Part shown: positions 58,001-64,000 of the stretch, piece after piece
Layout: the number at the start of each line of letters is the position of its first letter
How positions within the stretch are numbered: position 1 is the first letter of the stretch
From: Neophaeotheca triangularis
Taxonomy: Eukaryota
DNA length: 64,000 nt
Assembly (NCBI GenBank): GCA_054600435.1
Contig: BAAIJX010000006.1
Location: 1 to 64,000, forward strand
Reading direction: 5' to 3'
Program-made: the position numbers and the translations under genes
Notes under the pieces: model-generated
The model's database searches: none
The model's input: only the letters and a program-made list of their open reading frames with translations
What the model was told of the DNA's origin: nothing

Positions 58001-60194
58001 CCGTCGAGTCGAAAGTTGACAAGTACGGCAAAGTAGTGCTCTGGAGTATGAACTCTTGTCCAGCGTATTCCCTCGGTCGTTCCGGCACATCTTTCTCATT
58101 GCTGTAATACGCGTTCTGGTAGAGAACAGGAGGCGAGACTGTCGTCTCAACTTCGGCAGAGGAGGGAGGCTTCGAGTTGAAGATTAATACGTCTTTCTCG
58201 GAAGAAAGATTGAACGTTGAAGCGTAGTGCCTAGTGACTTGCTCGTCAATAGCCCGAGGTGTCCTCTTCTCAGGCGAACCAGCAGTAGAGCCGGAAAATG
58301 CTGACTTGGCTCGTTGACTATCGTTTGTCGAGAGCGACTGCGACAGTGATTTATTAGGCTCGTCAGTCGTATCAGACGCATATTCTTTCTGACTAAGTCG
58401 CAAGCCGGTGTCCGGATCGATGTTGTTCTTGACAGAAGGAAAGCCAAGCTTGCTGTTCTGAGAACCCTGAGATGAGCGCTGAGAAGATGCTGCTGCTTGA
58501 CCGGAAGGTGGCAGAGCAAGTTCGGGCGCTGGGAGTGGGAAATTTTGCTTCGCCGGAACAGCGCGTGGCTTTTCAGGCTTGATGTCCTGTACCCGGAAGG
58601 CAACGTGACGCGACTGCGGTCTTTCGAAGGTAGCTTCCGCTTTTGCTCGCTTTGCTTGCAATTCTTCACCTTGTGCAGACTCGGCACCACGCTTGTTCCT
58701 TTCAACAGCATCAACAGTCTCCGCCGGGACGGACTCTGGATCAAGCGTTTCAGCTTGCTTCTCGATGCTCCCAGTGCTGCCATTGACTTTGCCGTCTCCC
58801 ACCGCACCATCCAATCCGGCATCAGCGAGCTTCTCCCGTTGGGTCAAAGCCCTAAATTTGGCCTCGTCTTCATCGCTGCCATATTCTTCGTCGTCTACAG
58901 CTTGCCGGATGCTGCTTTCATCTACCAACGGTTGCTCTTGCTCCTTATCGTTGCCATCCCCACTGTCCAGCCCGATCACTCCATCCGCTGAACCATCATC
59001 GTTGCCTTCCCCACTCCGACTCTTAAGCCTCGCCATCATACGATCTTGAAACAACTCCTCGATGCTTTCAAAAACAGTCTGTACGCCATCCTCTTCTTTA
59101 GCAGCGCCCCTAGCCCTGAAACTCTCAAAACTGATCCCCTGCCCCCCTCTTGCCGATTTCTCTTGCTTCGACAACTCCTCAACCATGTTCCTGAACTCGT
59201 CCTCGTGGATCCAACCCCCTTTGTCCGCGTTCCTTGGGTCCGCGCTCATACTCACCAACACCTCTGGCGGAAAGGGTGAACTGCTTGGATCCGTGATACC
59301 TTGTCGTAATTTGCGCCGGCGAGTCTCATCCTTCCACAGCCCGGCCATTGAATGCACCAGCTTCTCCTCGGGAGGAAGGTTCTCCAACGAAGCGAGGCGT
59401 TCGATGAAAGAGTGGTGGAGCGGACGCGGAGAAATCTCATGGCGGTTGAGTATGTCTTCAACACGGATGTCGATTTCTAGCGTGCAGTGACTCTGACGAG
59501 GATACCCTTGGGTTTCGTCTAATATCTGTTGCGAGTCGATGCTTCTGTCGTGCCAGAGGTGCGCAAGATCGTCGAGCTCTTCCCACGTAGGGACCGGGAA
59601 GCGGAAGTGCGGGCGTCGGGTCTCGACATATGCGCAGCCGTACATGTTGAAGTCGCACATCCATTGAAGTAGATACTGCTGATGGGCTTCGTAGGGCTGG
59701 AAGACACGCTGGAGAATGGCGCCCTGGTGGAGGAGGTCGGCGAAGCGGGTCATGTGCTGTGGATTGAGGAGGTAGACTTTGAGGTAGTATGCGTAGCCGA
59801 CATTGTAGCCGAAAAAAGGCACGCCTTTGCAGAGGGAGACATGGGCGACAAAGGTGGAATTGCGCGGGTTGTCGTAAGGGTTGCGCCTGTAGGAGAGTGC
59901 CAGGGCATGATCGATGCTGCTTCGGACGTCTCTGATGTAGCGTCTTACCGTCTCTGGCTCGATCGATTCGGTGTATGGGATATAGAGGTAAGGGAAAGCA
60001 CCGTGGATGTGTGCGCAAACCTTTTGCCCCGTTTCTGTAGCCCCGAAGACACGTACTACTGGCACTTGAGGAAGAATTCGCTGGGTGGATAGGCCAACAT
60101 TGCCGAAAATGGGAGGGTCAAGGCTGGTCGGCTGGCTCATATAATGATCCAGACAATTAAGTCGCACCCGGAAGACGTCCCTCTTGTCATCCAT
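55068..60194 (-). CDS. REV3: DNA polymerase zeta catalytic subunit
   Basis: GQKVCAHIHGAFPY, SRGSQFKVES, LDFQSLYPS, KLIANVTYGYTSASFSGRMPC, YGDTDS, C-terminal Cys clusters (CLVC, CKGC, CRSC, CDSRDCPVFY). Confidence 0.97.
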   Translation of the reverse strand: MDDKRDVFRVRLNCLDHYMSQPTSLDPPIFGNVGLSTQRILPQVPVVRVFGATETGQKVCAHIHGAFPYLYIPYTESIEPETVRRYIRDVRSSIDHALALSYRRNPYDNPRNSTFVAHVSLCKGVPFFGYNVGYAYYLKVYLLNPQHMTRFADLLHQGAILQRVFQPYEAHQQYLLQWMCDFNMYGCAYVETRRPHFRFPVPTWEELDDLAHLWHDRSIDSQQILDETQGYPRQSHCTLEIDIRVEDILNRHEISPRPLHHSFIERLASLENLPPEEKLVHSMAGLWKDETRRRKLRQGITDPSSSPFPPEVLVSMSADPRNADKGGWIHEDEFRNMVEELSKQEKSARGGQGISFESFRARGAAKEEDGVQTVFESIEELFQDRMMARLKSRSGEGNDDGSADGVIGLDSGDGNDKEQEQPLVDESSIRQAVDDEEYGSDEDEAKFRALTQREKLADAGLDGAVGDGKVNGSTGSIEKQAETLDPESVPAETVDAVERNKRGAESAQGEELQAKRAKAEATFERPQSRHVAFRVQDIKPEKPRAVPAKQNFPLPAPELALPPSGQAAASSQRSSQGSQNSKLGFPSVKNNIDPDTGLRLSQKEYASDTTDEPNKSLSQSLSTNDSQRAKSAFSGSTAGSPEKRTPRAIDEQVTRHYASTFNLSSEKDVLIFNSKPPSSAEVETTVSPPVLYQNAYYSNEKDVPERPREYAGQEFILQSTTLPYLSTFDSTGDTTTTSKAVVRDRAKEALQDSRRRRQCKLRSWEILKSPPTFCEVAAWMKSEAPPPRDELDDLEIDAAPAATPASIKRKNRPAAELSQIDGPTQKNKHGFKYSQKKSSTSVQHETGYMSTMSLEVHVNSRADLAPDPEHDEIALVFWCLSDEQADDAVQNGILVLNNAEGQTERIRKAIGGDVKVEEEDDELDLINKMVDIVRELDPDILTGYEVHNASWGYLIERARLKYEFNLPDEFSRMKSQSHGRFGKDADRWGFTHTSTVSITGRHTINIWRAMRSELNLLQYTMENVAFHLLHRRIPHYSPATLTRWYRSGTPRHLAKVLDYHLSRTQLDLEILSANELIPRTSEQARLLGVDFFSVFSRGSQFKVESLMFRIAKPESFVLVSPSRKQVGSQNALECLPLVMEPQSDFYSSPVLVLDFQSLYPSVMIAYNYCYSTCLGRIVNWRGTNKLGFADFQRSPGLLELVKDHLNIAPNGMMYVKPSMRKSLLAKMLGEILETRVMVKSGMKVDKDDKTLQQLLNNRQLALKLIANVTYGYTSASFSGRMPCSEIADSIVQTGRETLEKAIALIHSVERWGAEVVYGDTDSLFIHLPNRSRAQAFAIGEEISSAVTATNPRPVKLKFEKVYHPCVLLAKKRYVGFKYESPSQTEPDFDAKGIETVRRDGTPAEQKIEEKALKLLFRTADLSQVKAYFQAQCTKILTGRYSVQDFCFAKEVKLGTYADRGPPPPGALIATKRMLRDPRLEPQYGERVPYVVIAGGPGARLFERCVEPEVLLGDAGKELDAEYYINKNLIPPLERIFNLVGANVRGWWEDMPKVVRIRQIAGGGGGDEGVGGIKGKRKTMESYMGSSLCLVCRARVPALTRGEQIQLRQEGGVALPLCKGCREQRTQRTLLALRRKVGKAEERFGNLEAVCRSCAGLAFGEEVKCDSRDCPVFYSRVKAGTALGAVRNGVGRVVSVLEELEARREDLEW

Positions 60195-60801
60195 GATCGC
60201 GGTAGGGAAGGGCAATTGTCATGGCTGAGTATCATGCCGCTCTTCACCTCAAGAGTTCGAGAGTAACATTAGGTACTGGTGGCGAAGGACTTGGAACGCC
60301 CAGGTGTTGACCCGCGTCGTTCAGAGGCACGCGTCGAGTAATTGTCGGAGATAAAGCGGCGATAAGGAGCAATCGCTCATTGGCCGGAAGTAGGGCAACG
60401 CTAACTAAGGGCCGTGAATGGAGGTATCATTGGCAGTGATGGCCAGCTGTAGGTAACTTAAACCTTGGAAGGCTTCCCATGTTCTCATTTACATGGAGTG
60501 TGCGAGTGACATCTGCAGGTCTATGTAAGAAAGATTGACAAATCAACATCATATATTGCACTGTACCGGACGCATGCGCACCGCGGTGGTTTCACAGAAG
60601 ACGTAGAACATGGTATGATCAAGTGCAACTACCAAACAACGTCTTTCTGATTTCTGAGTATCGTCATTAAGAGCGTCAGTCATATATCGGTAAAACTAGC
60701 AGCCAGCTAACGGACCAACCCGCCGGCAGCATCGAGGCATCCCCCGATGCAAGCTTAACACCGGCTCTAACCAGGCTCTCGTTCGTTAAGAACAGCCGAA
60801 C

Positions 60802-63016
60802 TTAAACCCCAGTACTCGTCGCGACCGCAGGCAAATCTCCTCCAGTGGCCACAGTCTCAGGGTCTGCAACCTCAGTCGGCAGAACAGTAGGAACTGGGGG
60901 CCTGGTAGTGGTCCTAGGCAGCTCAGGCACAGTAGTAGCAACACAAGCACAAGCACTAGAAACCTGGCTAGCGCCCTTGGGGCAAGCCTCGGCGGCATAC
61001 TCAGGGATAATGTTCTCGCGCTTGCACTCGCCGTCGTCGTACTTGCGGGCCAAGAACTCGGAGCAGAACTCCTCGCCGGCTTCGAGGCGGCCCTCGATGT
61101 TGCTGGCGCGGAGAGAGGACAGGCAGGCGTTGGAGTCGCAGACGGCGGGTTTAGGGCAGTCTTTGGAGGTCATCTTAACGATGAAGCTGCCGCGCTCGAT
61201 GGTGTGGATGAGGATAAAGCCGGATTTGAAGAGGGCGTAGCTGGACCAGCTTCCGAGGAAGGCAACTTCGCCACCGCCTTCAAGCTCGTCGTCTTCGGGG
61301 TAGATCTGGGTGGGGTTAGTTTGTGGGGTTGCCAATGTGAGGGTGTTAAATTTCTGCTTACGTCGAAGTAGCCGGCTTCGCAGACGCTGTCGCCGCTGGG
61401 GTCCTTGGGGACGGAACGGATGTCCCAGACGTTCAGACCGTTGCCGTAGTTGGATTGGTAGAGGAATCCGTCGGTGACGTATTGGTTGTGGTCGATGCTG
61501 TACCCCTTATTAGCATTGACAATCGTCCAGGGGCCTCGGGTATCTTGTACTTACGAGCGCTTCCTGCCGGCAAAGTTACCAGAGTAGTAAGGTTGCTCAA
61601 GATCTCGAATATCGAAAATGTGCGTGGTAGGCAGACCTTGGGTCATGGGGCCTACAGTCGCGTCGCGCTCGTCAAACTCGTCGTCGATGAAGATGTACTC
61701 TTGCCAGAACAAGTTGTTAACGACACCTTGGTGCACGTATTCGGCGCCGGGATAGCCCGTCCTCGAGATGATGTTGGTGGTGTTGCCGACCTTGTCAGTG
61801 GCATCGTAGATAGTCATGGTGTCTTCGTTGTACGAGTAGCAGATGTCACGGCCCTCGTACCTCTTGTCAGGGCCGTGGTAGACGACACATCTAGACGCGG
61901 ATGGTTAGCAAGTGAGTGGGAAAGAAAAATCCACAGGAGAAATTTACTCGGCATCTAAACAAGAGGTTAGTGTTGAGTCAACGGTTTATGAATAGGGTAC
62001 GGCGAAATGCTCACCATGTACGTAACCGTCGCCGGCAGCACAGCCAGGGCTAGTCGGGTTCGTAGGGTCGCTGATATCGAGCCAGATGAGACCGCCACGG
62101 CAGGGAAGGTCGCCACGGACACGGACGGTCTCCTAGAAAGTGAGTCAGCAGGCGGTTTTGTACGAGAACGGGTCGAAATGAATGCTCACGTTACCGCCGA
62201 CGGATCCAACAGCAACAGCATAGTTGAGCTCATGGTTGACAACAATGTTGTGCGTACGTCCGATGGGCAGCTCATCCCAGTGGCCAGTAAGATCTTCCTG
62301 GGTAAAAGTGGTAGGGCTCTCTGGGTTAAGATCGAGGACCTTCTTCATGTCGAAGAATTGGACGCCGTGGTGAATAGCCTCAGATCCGACTACCATCAAA
62401 TCGTTGACAATGCGAATCTCCCTCCACCGGGAACCCTCGTCATCGTATTGGGGCAGACGGCCGAGGTAGGACATCTTGCCTTCGCTGGTGATTTCGGCGA
62501 ACGCGGTACCATCGTACTGCCCGATGGCGACAAACTCGCGGCCTGACTCTGGGTCGGTCCATCCCCAGCTGGAGGAGCCTTGTCCTTCTGTGCTGCCCAA
62601 GGCGGAGTGAGGCAAGAAGTGGTACAGGTCGATCTATCCGACCGCGTTAGCTACATTCCAATATGGGTAACTATCAAGGTAATTCGCAGCGCTGCGGCTT
62701 ACGTTGTTGCACTGGAAAGTGTTGTTCTGATCGCCTGGGATGGCCTCTGCAAAGCCATCGATACACTTGGTGTAGCCAAGCTCGGGGTACTGGGAGCTTT
62801 CCATTGTACCAGCCTCGATCTCCGCGTCCCATTGTGCCTGTCGATCTTCGTTAGACCAAGCTTCACGCGAGTACAAGTCAAAAACATTACCATCTTCATT
62901 CCCATGAGCATCTCATGGACCGCACCAGAGTCATACTCCTCCTCAGTGAAGCGGGCTGCATTACTGATACCCGCAAGGGCAGAGCAGGCAGCGACGAAAG
63001 CAACAGACCGAATCAT
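60802..63016 (-). CDS. Secreted choice-of-anchor B / LVIVD-repeat-like protein (multi-exon)
   Basis: Signal peptide MIRSVAFVAACSALAG, GSSSWGWTD..GREF, YLGRLP, SRWREI, HNIVVN, GYVHDAECVVYHGPD, YVHQG, DDEFDE, SIDHNQY, GSWSSY..FKSG..TIERG. C-terminal Cys-rich and Thr/Pro tail. Confidence 0.8.
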
Positions 63017-64000
63017 CTTAACAATGCTTGTTCTGGGGTTTGCAAGCCTGGAGGGATACCAGAAGAACCATCTCTAGTCTTGGGTGGGGACGATGAATTT
63101 ATAATCATTCTATGCGCCTCGCTTTGAGCCTCAAGCAAGGAAGGTACCCGAGGCGGTATCCATACTCGACTATACCTACGTCGTCCAGTTCTTGGAAACA
63201 AATAGCCCGCAGCAACCGGGCACGACCGAATCCTCAAGGTATGGCCAGTGAGGAGTAAGCAGGCACTGATACGCATCACTTGGCTTGTGAATACCCAGGC
63301 CAGCCCACGCGCAAGCAGCGTGGTCCAAGAACTGCGAGGTTGCTGTAGCGGCTGGGTATACAGCTATTGGCAGGGCCCGCGCATGATAGCCATGTGTACG
63401 CCGGTGGGAAGCGATGATAACCTTCGCGAGCGTGCGACCCAAGACCGTGCAAGGTCCACTGCACTCTACTTACCTTCCTAATTCATCAGGTTCTCCAACT
63501 TGCGCGGGCTGCGCCCTCGTTATCGCGAGCCAAGGGAAGGATTTGGCAGATGGAGTTCGCGGTGTTTGGTGTGCTTGGAAGCCTTGGGTCTTTGGCCAAG
63601 GCATTGCCAATGCTGCTGCTGCCGCGCGGGGTAGATAGACTGCAGGTATAACCACGTAGACGGCGGAAGATGGGGAGTACTCTCCCAATGCGCTGGGAGA
63701 GGGGGCGTTTCCTGCTTGCGTGAATCGTGCCGCCTTCGGGGCAGTTCTAGGCCGGGGCAGATTCGCAGATGATGACTTGAGGATGTTGTCGAGGTGATAA
63801 GCTGTATATTCAACCCTCAGCGGCCGGGGTAGCGAAGGATTCTTGGTCAGAATTGTCTTTTTGCTGGCATTACCGTCGCTTGCTCATGTTTCTGTTTGCA
63901 ATCGCTTCCTCGGAGAGCATCAAGTTGCGTGGTAGATATAGAATCATTCCGAGCTTGCCAAGCTGATTGCTGTGTCGCCAACTCCCACGACCACGGCTGC

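Overview
Left end of a filamentous ascomycete chromosome (Pezizomycotina; Dothideomycetes is a guess from gene style only). It opens with about 16 CCCTAA telomere repeats (1-100) and a short (about 3.5 kb) AT-rich subtelomere with a strong RIP signature (TpA excess, CpA/TpG loss). The subtelomere has four parts: a 230-codon stop-free, start-less reading frame fused to the telomere (83-775, missed by the ORF track); a degenerate interstitial telomere tract (916-939); an exact 160-bp-period tandem array (about 1112-2700); and a RIP-killed gene relic (2728-3490). After that come about 20 ordinary genes: an Ecm33-like membrane protein (probably damaged), a sulfatase / dual-Zn2Cys6 TF / sugar porter trio, a PTH11-like GPCR, an M20 amidohydrolase, a Gemin2-like protein, a PA-RING E3, an aquaporin, an AA5_1 copper radical oxidase with two CBM18, an omega-type GST, ELP6, HOM2, an RNAi RdRP, a coiled-coil protein, DLD1, a RING/IBR-like protein, a Pro/Ser-rich protein, CAB2, an MFS transporter, REV3 and a choice-of-anchor-B-like secreted protein. 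The best candidate for an undescribed system is the telomere-fused ORF, together with the interstitial telomere tract and the 160-bp array. All calls come from manual reading; no searches were run.
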